From positions 630,236-694,235 of the forward strand of contig NW_003314321.1 of NCBI RefSeq assembly GCF_000143415.4: DNA of 64,000 nt, given 5' to 3'. The position numbers and the translations under genes were made by a program. Below, piece after piece: positions 24,751 to 37,771 of the stretch; positions within the stretch are counted from its first letter, which is position 1, and each line of letters begins with the position of its first letter. The DNA comes from Selaginella moellendorffii. Its lineage: Eukaryota; Plantae; Lycopodiophyta. The notes under the pieces were generated by a model, which was not told the origin of the DNA, did not search any database, and worked only from the letters and a program-made list of their open reading frames with translations.

Positions 24751-25292
24751 TTGTGGGTGTATTTCCCTTTTTTCGAATGAGAGTGTGAATGAAGATCTAT
24801 AAATTCTAGACAATATGCTACGACAAACCCCTCAAGAATGTATTCTACAAAGAACCAAGTCTTTCTTTTATATGCAATAAACTTACATCAACGGTTATTT
24901 TTTTTCCTTTCAAACGGTTATATGGCTTCACATAGAATCTTATTTCAAATTTAATAATTTTTTAATTCTGACAAACCTAACATTTACTAGATAGAGTACA
25001 AATTTAACGAAGTGACAAGAATACTCTTTTTGCAAACATTTTATTTTATGTTCTAACAAATGTCCCTATCATTGCATGTAGTAAATATTTAAATTATTAG
25101 AACAAAAAGTGTTCTTTAGAACATTTTTATCTATCTAATATATAGAGAGTTATTAAATTATTAGGTTCGCCATAACCTTAAAATTTTAAAATTTATAATT
25201 TTTGTACTAAATTATAATTGAAAATTGAGCTCAACTTGTGAACTCAACTCTTCAACTCATGAGCTCAAATATGGTCCGCGCCCTCCTAGACG

Positions 25293-25450
25293 ATACCACG
25301 ATCTACATCAACACCTACTGGATCGCCATGGACGAGAGGTTTTGGAAAGACCCTCTAGCGTTTCGCCCGCAGTGTTTCATGCCAGACATCGATGCCTTTG
25401 GCCATGGCAGGAGAATTTGCCCTGGTGCCAAGCTCGGCGACTGGAAGCTG
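25293..25450 (+). pseudogene. Cytochrome P450 pseudogene, 3' part
   Basis: TTIYINTYWIAMDERFWKDPLAFRP and heme motif FGHGRRICPG. Confidence 0.8.
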
Positions 25451-26574
25451 GATGGTGATCTGGGGAAGATGAATATGGATAAAACCTGGTTTGTCTGTCA
25501 ATGCTTTCACTGTTGTAGTTTCTTTGAAAGAAAGATGATCCCACATAAAATATAAGCTGATTTCGTGTACGATTTTAGTCCAACCACAAAGGGTAGCTTT
25601 ATTTTATTCACCAAAGCTGTGCGAGTTAGGGTTTGCGATGGAGTGGATGAGCCCAAGACTTAGGGAGGTGCTCAAATTAGCAGAGGAGCGAACTCGTGAG
25701 GCACTGAAGAGCTACGAGGAGGCCAAGGCTGCCCGGCCAAGGAAAGAATCGGCCGACAAGAAGAAAGGATGGGAGGCGCCCAACCCGGAGACCGAGGTAT
25801 CAAAAAAAGCTCCGCAAGAACTCCTTCCCAGGTATGACAAGCCGGACAGACGTCTCTGTGTCAAGGAGCGTTGATCCCTGTCTCTAAATAAAATAGTGGA
25901 ATTTCGTAAGAAGATGGGTAGTATCCAATAGGATTCAATCTCTAGCGAGCGAACCGTCGAGTCCGTGAGAAGAAGTTCTTCCTCCTTGAGAGAAACAAAA
26001 GAAATGATGGAGTGCTTTTTACTTTTTTATTTTAGCCGCGAGACCACCTGTCGTGGCATCAAGACAACTTTGGAAGATCCAAGTCTCTAAATTGCGACAC
26101 TAAGCACCAGATCAACAACTCTTCCTTGTGTTCCTCTAGGATCTCTGCCAAGTCTCTCCCGGACAAATTGGTGGACACAAGTTTTCTTTGGGAATGATTC
26201 ATAGGATCTTCGCAAGAATGAGGTGCCCGGAGTTCGTTCTTGCTCACGAACGATCAAGGTCTGGGACTCAAGCCATATGCTCTGGTGCGTCAAGACTTTC
26301 ACCAGCAGCTAGATGAAAAAATAGAAGCAAACACATTGTCAATCCAATTTGAGGATTCTTGTTTAGGGAAGTCTTCACCAGGATATTGGTCGACTTCTAG
26401 CTTGAAAATCATTGTTCGTTATAGCATCACACTATATTTGCTGACAAGGAAGTTCACCAGACAAGCTTGTGATGTCAGCTCACCCATTAACCAATTTATA
26501 ATTCTCCAGATGAGAGTTTAAACTTGAACAAACTATTTGTGAGGATTGTTCAGGCTTTCTGTTGATCTCTACAT

Positions 26575-27240
26575 GTGATCCTCGCGAGCTTACTTCCCCG
26601 ATTGATGCCCGTGCACGACAGGACGACAACGGAGCAACCTCGTCGAGTGCTACGTCCAGAATGCTATGTACCAAGGAGGCACCGGAGATTTACAAGGAGA
26701 TGGTAAGAGAAGAGATCTCCATCGACACTTACACACTTTCCAGCATCTCCTCTAGGCACCCGCACTTCGTGAAGAGATGGATCAAAGACGTGGCCACCAC
26801 CACGTCCTTCTGAAATCCAAGCTCCCCGGCTTTTCACCCCTTCTTTGTCCAAGAGCTTGCATGCTGCCAGGGCCTTTCGGTCCATGGCAGCAATGCGAGA
26901 CACACTGGAAGATGCGATCACAGGGGCTGGAGCCGGATGCTTTCACGTACGTAGCAATCCTTGGAGCTTGCTCAGTCCGGATCCTTTGCGATAACGGCAA
27001 GCACATCCACAAGTCACATACTTGAGAGCAAACAACACTTTGGAAACATAAGTGTGAGGAAGACGCTCCATCACCATGTATCCGAAGTGTGGACTCCAAG
27101 AGCTTGTTCCTCACCCTGGAGTTGTAAACTGGAATTTGTTCATAAGCCCGCGAGTATCGACGCTGAGGATCATCAAAAACTTGAGTTTTCCAACAGTATG
27201 ACAGTCCGAGCATGGCGTCCAAGATGATAAACTGGCATAT
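26575..27240 (+). pseudogene. PPR gene fragments
   Basis: KEMVREEISIDTYT and KMRSQGLEPDAFTYVAILGACS..GKHIH. Confidence 0.7.
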
Positions 27241-27618
27241 TATTGCCCGAGATGGAACTCGGTTTCATCACTTTGATATAGAATTTGCTCTACTGTCTCT
27301 CTTTCTTCTGGGATTTTAAGTTTCAGTGATCGAAGATCAAATAGAGATCTCGTCAACCAAAGGGGGAATTCTACAACATCGGACGTTGGAAAAACCATTG
27401 TACGGCAAGACACAAAGAGAAGCAGTGATCACAGTCACTGCTGTTTCTTTCTCATCACCATTTAAAAGAAAAGAAAAGAAAAGGAAAAAAAAAACGAACC
27501 ATAATGATGGGATGACTAGTTTCTCGATAGAAGAAGAAATCCTGGAAAACTGTAATTAGCTCCTAGAGAGCTGCCAGAGAGATTTTTAAACTCCAATCCC
27601 TTGAGCTTGCTTCTAAAG

Positions 27619-28530
27619 CTCCATTGACCGGAGTTTCCCCGGGATGTGATCTCTCACGTTGAAAACCCCGGCCAGCCTCAAAATGTCCACTATCGCTTGC
27701 ACAAACTTGTCGACATCAGCCAGCATGTAAGTTATCACGTTCATGTTCATGCGAGCAGAACGGACTCCCGCGTTCGTCACAGAGGGGTCGAGCAAGACCT
27801 CTCGTCTCTGGAAATTACTTTGGAGACCACTACAGTGGTATAGCTTTCAGCCAATACACTCCAGAAGTGAAATTCTACAGGAAACTTATCAACAAATTCG
27901 CTGGCTGGACGTCCAAGGTTTGGAGAAGCAATAAGATCATGGACAGGGTAAACAGGCACCTCTTTTCAATCTTGCAAGATCGGCGTGAGACCCTCCGGTT
28001 TTCACCAGCGAGGAGCCCATGGCATTCATAGACGTGCTCATTTCCAGAGAAAATCTCTGAGACATCATCATAGTCTCTTGCTCGTTAAGTTTTAGCTCAA
28101 CATGGAAAAATGGAATCTCACAGGATCTGTTGCTGGGAGCTCTAGCTACCTCGGCTCTCTCGCTGGAATGGGCTATGGCCGATCTTCTCAGGAATCGCCG
28201 AGTTCTCGGCTCAGAGCCAGATCGATGCAAAGAAAAGCTTGTGGACGAGTCGGACATTGCAAAGCTTCCATACATCAAGGCCATAGCCAAGGAAACACTG
28301 AGACTCCTGGCTCAGCTAGCTCTTCCCAATATCGTCCAAGGAGGCCCGATTAAACTCAGGGGCTATACCATCCCGGACGATACCACGATCTACATCAACA
28401 CCTACTGGATCGCCATGGACGAGAGGTTTTGGAAAGACCCTCTAGAGTTTCGCCCGCAGTGTTTCATGCCAGACATCGATGCCTTTGGCCATGGCAGGAG
28501 AATTTGCCCTGGTGCCAAGCTCGGCGACTG
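27619..28530 (+). pseudogene. Cytochrome P450 pseudogene (uninterrupted duplicate)
   Basis: I-helix, KETLRL, FRP and FGHGRRICPG motifs, with deletions and an upstream stop. Confidence 0.8.
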
Positions 28531-29734
28531 GAAGCCTGGAATAAACGTTTGGTATGGTTTGACTAAAGAGTCAACCAGCGTATGTAATATTAGGGAAACA
28601 ATAATCAAGCCCATTTGGTGCCTTTATTCTTTCACCTGTCAATGCTTTCACTGTTGTACTTAGTTTCTTTGAAAGAAAGATGATCCCACATAAAATATAA
28701 GCTGATTTCGTGTACGATTTTAGTCCAACCACAAAAGGTAGCTATATTTTATTCACCAAAGCTGTGTGAGTTAGGGTTTGCGATGGAGTGGATGAGCCCA
28801 AGACTTAGGGAGGTGCTCAAATTAGCAGAGGAGAAAATGAAGAGCTACGAGGAGGTCAAGGCTGCCCGGCCAAGGAAAGAATCGGCCGACAAGAAGAAAG
28901 GATGGGAGGCGCCCAACCCGGAGACCGAGGTATCAAAAAAAGCTCCGCAAGAACTCCTTCCCAGGTATGACAAGCCCCGGACAGACGTCTCTGTGTCAAG
29001 GAGCGTTGATCCCTGTCTCTAAATAAAATAATGGAATTTCGTAAAAAGATGGGTAATATCCAATAGGAATTCAATCTCTAGCGAGCGAACCGTCGAGTCC
29101 GTGAGAAGAAGTTCTTCCTCCTTTGAGCCCAGAAACAAAAGAAATGATGGAGTGCTTTTTACTTTTTTATTTTAGCCGCGAGACTCAAGACAACTTTGGA
29201 AGATCCAAGTCTCTAAATTGCGACACTAAGCACCAGATCAACAACTCTTCCTTGTGTTCCTCTAGGATCTCTGCCAAGTCTCTCCCGGACAAATTGGTGG
29301 ACACAAGTTTTCTTTGGGAATGATTCATAGGATCTTCGCAAGAATGAGGTGCCCGGAGTTCGTTCTTGCTCACGAACGACTAAGATCTGGGACTCAAGCC
29401 ATATGCTCTGGTGCGTCAAAACTTTCACCGGCAGCTAGATGAAAAAATAGAAGCAAACACATTGCCAATAGTATCAAAGGCCTGTTCATTCCTCTCCAAT
29501 TTGAGGATTCTTGTTTAGGGAAGTCTTCACCAGGATATTGGTCATAAGGACTTCTAGCTTGAAAAACATTGCTCGTTATAGCATCACACTATTTTTGCTG
29601 ACAAGGAAGTTCACCAGACAAGCTTGTGGCCCAATGTCAGCTCACCCATTAACCAATTTATAATTCTCCAGATGAGAGTTTAAACTTGAACAAACTATTT
29701 GTGAGGATTGTTCAAGCTTTCTGTTGATCTCTAC

Positions 29735-30505
29735 ATGTGATCCTCGCGAGCTTACTTCCCGGATTGATGCCCGCGCACGACAGGACGACAATGGATCTCG
29801 ACATCTGCGGGAAACTCTTCCAGGAGGTCCAGACCCGTGACGTAGCGTCGTGGATTGCTGCATACACCGCGAATGGGCATCACTACGAGTTCCTGAAGCT
29901 CTCCAGCGGCAAAACCAGGAAGATCTTAACCTGTGAGACGCGAATCTGGCCGTGACACCGACCTCGCTACGGTTTCCCCGAGCTCTGAAGCTGCTCAAAC
30001 GGAGTTACCTGGGAGGAGCGCTCGCTTTATCTACGCGGACTTGAACTTCTGCAGTGGGAAACGCCATCTGCACGCAACGAGGCTCCGTTTTCCTGTCCGC
30101 GAAACTCTACACCGAGGACGAGTTAAGTGCTCGAGTACGTCAAGGCCCTGGACGGAACACCTTCGAGAAAAGCACCATCAGCCTTGATCGGAGCATTCTA
30201 CAAGGTGGCCTCGCTGAGCGTCCTGAGTCGAGGATCACCATTTGCGACTACGCCAAGAACTGGAGCACTCGCTTGATCTCGGCTCGGATGCGGACTGGAG
30301 TTGCCTGCTCATCGACATCCGCAGCTTGGAAGATGCTCGTAAGTGTTTCGAGAGGAGCTCTGGACAAACGGCAGAAGGATGCTTCCACATGAGGATGGCG
30401 CTGGAAGGCGGTGCTAAGCGTCCTGGAAGTGAACAGAAGAGAGCTCCTCCACGGGAGAGGCTGGCAAACGGACGTCTTGGTCGGGACCGTGGCGCTCAAC
30501 GTTCA
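29735..30505 (+). pseudogene. Internally deleted relic of the adjacent PPR gene
   Basis: Blocks match 31775-31990, 32680-32790, 32875-32945 and 33000-33048. Confidence 0.75.
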
Positions 30506-31485
30506 GGCTGGTCTCTGATTTATTTAGCAAGGTGTATAGTTCCGCACGCTAATGTTAAATGAAAATGGTAAGAAATCTTAATCTACAAAGTAATAGCAAA
30601 GTTACCAAATCAGTGCTTGAGAGTAGTAATCCTGATTGATTAGATTGTTACGTCTCATGTTCAAGAGTCTTTCTCCAAGACATACTTTTGTTATACAAGG
30701 AATGGCATCCTTTACAAACAGTGTAAAAAACAAACATTAGAAATAAAATGCAAACCTGTCATCCAGGTGTACGATGGTAGAGGAGCCCGTCTTGAAAGGT
30801 AATATATGAAACAACTTTCGATGTACAGTGAATTGAACCACAAAATCCGTGTAGATTTGATTGGGGGGCGCTGAAAAGAACGAGTAATCGAGATTCAAGC
30901 AGGACTCACCATTGTGAGATAGTTCTCGGAAAAAGAGCTTCACGAACTCGTAAAAATTGACGTGAGCATCAGTGATATCGAGGCTGAAGGAATACCATGG
31001 ATCTCTGAAATATCCACCTGAAAGTTTAAAAGGATGCCGTGGGATGAGCTGGGCAGACACGTAAGCAAACGTGGCTGCCGCCGTGGCTTTATTATGTTAT
31101 TTATGGAGGCCCTGCGGAGAGGAGCATTAGCGAGGCTCTGAAAATGGCAGCTCGTGAGGCAAAGAAGAAGCGACATAGCCGATGCGAGGAGCAGGCCCGG
31201 GCTGTCGAAGAAGCCCTAGAAAACAGCCTTCGAGAATTGGCTGCCCGGACGAGGAAAGAATTGGGCGACAGGAAGAAAGGATTGGAGGCGCCCAACCCCG
31301 AGCCCCATGTATCAAAAAAATCCCCGCAAGAACTCCTTCCCAGGTATGACAAGTCTGTCGAGGAGTGATGATCCAATAAAACTAGTGAAGCTTTGTAAGA
31401 CATGGGTAGTTTCCAATGCGATCGCGTCGTGAAGTGGGGATCTTACTTCCATTTCTAGCAGAATCTCGATCAAGCCCGCGATCGG

Positions 31486-33893
31486 ATGATTTCCTCCTCC
31501 AAGCAGCGAGCAGCAATCAGCGATTCCAGCACTCTCGCGTCGATTCTCCGGAGCTGCGGCAATCTCGAGCAGGGGAAGGGTATCCACGCATGGATGATCT
31601 ACAATGGAGGGATAGACAGGGGGACCTTCTTCGGCAATCTCTTGGTCCAGATGTTTGGGAGCTGTGGCAGCATCGAGAATGCACAGGCGGCATTCCATCA
31701 AATCCACGGCCGGAACTTCTTCTCGTGGAAGATCTTGCTCGCGGCGTATGCCCAGAACGGGGAAATGACCATCGCGAGCTCGCTGCTTGGATTGATGCCC
31801 GCCCACGACACCGTCGCATGGACAACCATGATCACTGGCTATGGAAAGAGCGGCGATCTCCACATCTGCGAGAAACTCTTCCAGGAGATCCAGACCCGGG
31901 AGGACTGTGGAGTGGCGTCTTGGAACGCGATGATTGCGGCATACACCGCGAATGGGCATCACAGCGAGAGAGCTCGGACGGGAAAGCTCATGCTCCTGGA
32001 TGGAATCCGCCCGAACAAATCCACTCTCATGAATCTCCTGGAGCTCTCCAACACCAGGAAGCTTTGCCAGTGTTTGATCGAAGAGACCGAGCTCCAGTGT
32101 GATCCCACTGTGGGAGCTTCGCTGTTGAGAGCTCACGGGCGATCTGGAAAGCTTGCGGAGGCGAGAGCCATCTTTGAGAGGATCCGGGGTGACAAGACTC
32201 TCATCGCTGGAAACACCATGCTCTGGGCTTACGCGCGAAACAGCTGCTTGGTGGAAGCTCGCGAGTTCTTCGAGGGGATGGCTCGCCGGGACGTTGTCTC
32301 GTGGACGACGCTCTTCTCGGGATGGATCCAGCAGCAGCATACTGGCGATGGCGATCTTTGCGATCTTCATCGGGCCAAGAGCGTCTTCGATCGAATGCCC
32401 CAGTGGAACACTGTCTCCTGGAACTCATGCTGGTGGGGCTCGGATCCAGCGGAGAAGTCGAGGCCGCGGAGGAGATGTTTGAGCTGCGAGCCGGAGGAGA
32501 GCTCCGAGACGTCGTGACTTGGAACTCGATGATCACGTCCTACGCTCGCCATGGGAGCTTCTCTCGAGCGCTGAGCCTGCTCAAGCGGATGGACTTGGAA
32601 GGGGAGCCTCCAAACCGAGTTACGTGGATCACCATCCTCGACTGCTGCGATGATCTCCGCCATGGAAGGCTGCTTCACCACGAACTGGAGCGCTCGCTTG
32701 ATCTCAGCTCGGACGCGGACTTGAGTTGCCTGCTCATCGACATGTACGGGAAATGCCACAGCTTGGAAGACGCTTGCAAGTCCTTCGAGAAGAGCTCCAC
32801 CACCACCAGTGTAAGATCGTGGACTGCATTAATCGGAGCGTTCGTTGCAAACGGCTCAAACCGGAGAGCGATTGAGAGCTTCCACAGAATGGCGCTGGAG
32901 GGCGTCCATTTTGACAAGGTGGCCGTGCTGAGCGTGCTGGAAGCCTGCTCTGGAGCCGGAGACTTGGACAGAGGACAGCTCCTCCATCGCTATGCGGTCG
33001 AGAGAGGCTGGCAAACGGACGTCTTGGTCGGGACCGCGGCGCTCAACATGTACGTCAAGTGTGGGAGATTCGAGCAGTCGAAGCTCGTCTTCGATGCCTT
33101 GCCGGAGAAGAGCCTCGTGTCGTGGACGTCGATGGTGTCCAGCTATGCCGGGAGCGGACGCTTTGCTGAGGCGCTGAGAGCTTTCAAGCTCATGGACTTG
33201 GCCGGCCTGGGAATGGACGGTGTTGCTCTGGCTTGCATCTTCGACGTCTGCGCGGCCTTCACAGCTCTCTCGGACGGCAGCGCTGTCTACTCGAGCGTCG
33301 AGGCGAGCGGCGAGAAGCTCGATGTCACTGCTGGAGCAGCCGCCATCAACATGTATGGAAAATGCGGAGATGTGTCGAGCGCGGCGGAGATCTTCTCGCA
33401 GTACCGGGCCTGGGAGTGGAGTTTGGTGCTCTGCACGACCATGGTGGCGGGCTTTGCTCGAAACGGACATGGCCGACGAGCTCACGAGCTGTTTGAGTTG
33501 ATTGAGCTTCAAGGACTAGAACTGGACGTTGTCAGCTTCACCACCATTCTTGCTGCGTGTAGCGCTGCCGGGCTGCTCCACGATGGTCACAGGTACTTTG
33601 TTTCCATGAGAGGGGACTATGCTCTCGCTGCCACCATGGATCACTACGTTTGCGTGATCGATCTGCTGGCAAGATCTGGGCGAGTTGACGAGGGCCTAGC
33701 TTTGCTGACAACCATGCCTTTTGAGCCTGATGGAGTCTCGTGGGTGACTGTGTTGAGCAGCTGCAAAACTCATGGCGATTTTGATGTGGCTGCCACCCTT
33801 GCTGCTCGAGTGCCTGCCTCGGAAGCCGATCATCCAGGAGCGCTCGTTACATTCTTTAATCTCATTGCAGATTCATCACCATTGCTCGGTTAG
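31486..33893 (+). pseudogene. PLS-class pentatricopeptide repeat (E-domain) gene with a single frameshift near 32427
   Basis: Multiple PPR motifs (SWNAMIAAY, DMYGKC) and E-domain DHYVCVIDLLARSG...MPFEPDGVSWVTVLSSCKTHG, with no DYW. TGGAACTC^ATGCTGGTG needs one extra base to read WNSMLVG; this may be a sequencing error. Confidence 0.85.
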
Positions 33894-34000
33894 AAAACGA
33901 TACCAAACAGATTTTTTACCTCAACAGTTCCAACAAATGTTGGAACGAGGTTCAAGTCGAGTTGCTATTGTGACCAATCTGTCGCCGACGGATTTCCATT

Positions 34001-36538
34001 TCAGATGAGTGCTGAGTCCATGTCCGACAGTGGAGCTGGATTGGAATCATAGAAGGCCAAGAGTGAAATCACTACAGAAAAGAAACAGAGTGTGAAACAC
34101 ACCTAGCAAGTCGTCGTCCTGGTCCTGGAAACCCGATAGCTCAAGAAACAGTGGTGGAGAGGACCGTGTTGCCTGAGCCCGATTGACGCTTTCCTTTTGT
34201 ACAGTCAAAGGCGTGAAATAGTGCTCTGAGGTCGTGTTACTGGTGCTGGTGTTCTCAGTCGCGGCCTCAACAGGCTTTGAGAGTGCGGCATCGTGAACTG
34301 CTTGCCGCAATTCTTTGAAATCATCTGGAATATAAAAGCCGGCGTAGTCGATATATAAGACGTTACTGAACATCTTAGAATACCTTCGTAGTCCTTGTGG
34401 CCAGAGAAAGCCAGTGAAGACGAGCGGAGGTCCAAATCATCGTCGTCACCACCTTTGTGCAAAAGAGAGAACGGCGAAGACAGTGTTGGCAGCTGAGGAA
34501 GCTTTAGTGTCGGGCTTGGAGGTGCCAGTTCTAGGGGTCCAGGAGTGCCTCTATCATCAGCAACACAGTCCGAAGTCACGTCCTGCAAAAGCTAGTCAGA
34601 ACATGGCTCAAACAAGGTGGACACGTACTTGAGAGGAAAGTGCAGAGTCAGAATACACGCTATACCCAGCGAAAACAGCTTGAGAGGCAGAAGAAACCGC
34701 AGGGTGATTGACATGTTGACGGAGTTTGTTAATGTTTACTTCCATTCCTGGAATGGCTTCCTTTAGCTGCGAAATGAGCACCTGAAGAACAAGTCCTTTT
34801 TAACAAACAAAGAAACCCAGGAAAAAGAATTAATACCTGCATATTTGAGAGGTGTTGTTTTTGCTCCGCTAACGTTGCCCGTAATGCTTGTGTGTGTCCC
34901 TCACAAGCATCCACCGCATTTATAAGATTAGGACCAGTGCCTTGATTTTGTCGTGACTGTACGACAATCCCAGTCATGTAAGCAAGTTAGACAAAGCTAA
35001 AGTTTTTACCAGCTTTTGAGCTTGTTTGTGTATGCGTTGCAAAGCATGGGTCCACCGTCTAATAACTTCAGCAACATCAAGCGGGCTCGACCCTTTAACT
35101 GCCCTGTCTGTTCTGGCTTCGTCGCCATGAGCTGAAGTTTCCTGCTTTTCTAGTTGCTGATTGCAGCCATCGTCATTGGAGTTCAATGAACTTGGTATGA
35201 CATTCATCCCTCTGTCGATGGCCACACGCAAAGCCGATCCATCTATACGATACCTATAAGCGCAGCGTCAAACAAAATCCAGGAACCAAAAGATTAAACA
35301 CCTGTGGTCACGATGAGCAATCAAGTCTTCTATAGGGCCGCTTGCTAGTTTGTCGTGCCTCTCTATAATCAACAGAAAATCAGACAAGAATAAGAGAATA
35401 CAGAAATTCAAGAAATGCAAACTGACCGGTATGTTTTAGAAGAGACTCCCAAAGCGTTGTAGCCCGAGACGCTGACGTTACTTTCTGATTTGCAAATGCT
35501 CTAGAACTTTGTAGCTCCTGCATTTTCTCCAGCTCTTGATGTAAATAAGCCTAATCGACAGCAAGACGAGTTCAAAGTAGGGAGAAAGAAGAAGTTAGAT
35601 ACCTCTTCAGCACACAAAGCCCGGTATTCAGCCGTCATGTCATGAGCAAGACTGGACCACAATGCCTGTTTATGCACGGCCGCAGACGCACCTTGCAGGA
35701 AACGCCTACGCTCTAGAGCAATACGTGCCTGCCAAAACACGCAAGTTCCAACAATCAATCAATCAACCAAATCAACCAATCAACACTCCACCTTTGTCAC
35801 GGCAAGGAGTGCTGATGCATGTGAATTTTGCGTGATGACTTCCGTGAGCGACGCTGGCAAGGGGTTCTCGGCAACATCCGCTGGGAAGTTCCGTCGATGA
35901 ACTTCTCGCAGAGCGTGGGCCGAGAGCTGCCATAATAGCTCCACAAATCTAGAGAAGGAAAAACGAAAAAAATTCAATCATAGGAACCACGGAGGCAAAA
36001 CAAGACCCACCTCTGACCACAGCATGTAGCTAGCGAGGAAACCCGAGAGCTACTCCGAGGTAAAGCCCCTTGAGCCTCTAGCTCGTTGATAAGACCCTGG
36101 ACAATCTGCAAAGAAAGGAATTTCCATCCTTTGAGAACTCTAAAACGAGCCAGAAGCACAGCGAAAGAATGCGTATTACTGTACTTTCCGGAAGTCGCGA
36201 GACTGTGCCGCGTCGAAAATCGGCCAGACACCGGCGAAATCCTGCGAGATCGAGCGTGAGCGCCTCAAATCAACCTACATTCTCGCCTTCTTCCTCACCT
36301 TGGCGGCCAGCGACGGCCCCCGAAGCGCCGAGAGGAGAAAATGTAGCAGCGCCTCGCCGACCCGCGGATTGGAGTGCCGGAAGAGGCCAGCTCGCGATCC
36401 AGCGCCTTGCCCTAGAATGCTAGCATCCAGGCCCAGGAGCAAGCAGTTGCCGTAGAGCGCCGCTTCCATCTCCGTCTCCTTGTCGCGGATCACATCCTTG
36501 GTAGCCTCCATCTTGGAGAGAAGGCTGCCATTCTCCAT
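34001..36538 (-). CDS. AUG6: AUGMIN subunit 6 (HAUS6), multi-exon
   Basis: [96 protein letters not shown]-terminus [14 protein letters not shown]. Confidence 0.9.
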
Positions 36539-36748
36539 AGCCTAAACTCTCCGCTCAAAACAAAGAAGCTCCACTCAAACAAACTAAGACCACCTTCTAA
36601 GGTAGCTACTGTGAAGCCGGCGTGTCCCTAGCAAAGACCCAGTGCAAAGCCAACGAGTCCCTGGCCATTAAAAAATGGGAATGTTTCCACTCCAAGGGTC
36701 TGGATTTTTAGGGTTCCAAAGGGAGAAAAGAAAAGAAAGAGAGAAGAA

Positions 36749-37666
36749 ATGGTGTGGCACGATTCTGATTCAGATTCAGATTCCAGCTGCCGCGATCATC
36801 ACACCACTGCTGCCGATCGAGCGCGGAAGGTAGTGAATCGATTCATTGTTGGCGCGGCGCCGTGATTTTCTTCTTCTTTGTCTGGAATTTTTGCCAGGAT
36901 TACTACAAGATCTTGGGAGTGGACTGCGATGCTTCCACTGACTCGATTCGAATCAGCTACTTGCGGCTCGCTTTGGTAGATTTTCCAAGCACAGATTTTT
37001 CCCCAACTTGATTTTTTCGTACTTTTTTTTTGTGTGGCAGAAATGGCATCCAGACAAGCACCAAGGACAGGATTCCGCGGCGACACTCAAGTTCCAGGAG
37101 ATCAACGAAGCGTACACCGGTTAGATTTCGTTCCTCCTTTCTAGTTCTTACTCAAATCATGCGAAGAACTCCAGCAGAGTTCGTATCATACGAAGAACTT
37201 TAGCGAAGTTGTAGCTAGAAGTAGATGATTTTCAAGCTACTCACGAGGGTTATGATGCTAGTGATCGCGTGCAGTGTTGAGTGACCCGGCCAAGAGACGA
37301 GACTATGATATGAGAGCCGATTTCAACGTCCAGGAGTACAGCATCATAGTAAGAGTCACTCACATTTTCTCCTTGTTCTTCGTAGAGGGTCACTAAATCT
37401 TTTCACGGTTTTCGCTACAGGAGTATCTAAATCGATTCAAAGGCTTGATTCTTACGTGCAATGGTCTTGGAATTGGCGACCTCTCCGAGTGGTGATTACT
37501 CTCTTTTTTCTGGTTCTTTTCATTTCTAGATTAATTTACAAGGTAGCTATGTTCTTCCGGGGGCGTGATCTTGCATTTTCATCTTGGTTGTCTCGGGATT
37601 TTTTGCAGGATGGAGCAATTGCTGCGACTCGGCTATGAGGAAGTTGTGAATATGTACAATCAATGA
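36749..37666 (+). CDS. Small DnaJ/J-domain protein, multi-exon
   Basis: Spliced DYYKILGV...YLRLALKWHPDK...[20 protein letters not shown]...[17 protein letters not shown] with canonical GT-AG introns. Confidence 0.88.
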
Positions 37667-37771
37667 AAAGGAAATAAGTTTTAAGGGCTCTTCAAAAAAC
37701 TAAAGGAAATATTTAACCGTCCCGTTATCTTAAACCTAGAAATTCGATCTCCATTCTTATGTTCTTCCAAG

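Larger units (their letters stand above)
12409..25283 (+). mobile_element. Large Mutator-like DNA transposon (MULE) with cargo genes
   Basis: 9-bp TSD TCCCAGACG (12400-12408) / TCCTAGACG (25284-25292). Imperfect TIRs GGGATGGTCCAAAGTTGAGTTGAGCTCATGAGTTGA and (reverse complement) GGGCGCGGACCATATTTGAGCTCATGAGTTGA. Empty site TCCCGGACG at 28371-28379. Internal DDE/SWIM transposase. Confidence 0.9.
25293..29790. repeat. Local segmental duplication: unit 1 = 11638-12408 + 25293-~26640, unit 2 = 27619-~29790
   Basis: Near-identical CYP remnant, MEWMSPRLREVL ORF and downstream sequence in both units. Confidence 0.9.

Noticed and set aside
31312-33512. Antisense ORFs (352 aa, 218 aa) over the PPR gene
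   Set aside because: Shadow ORFs with no independent motifs.
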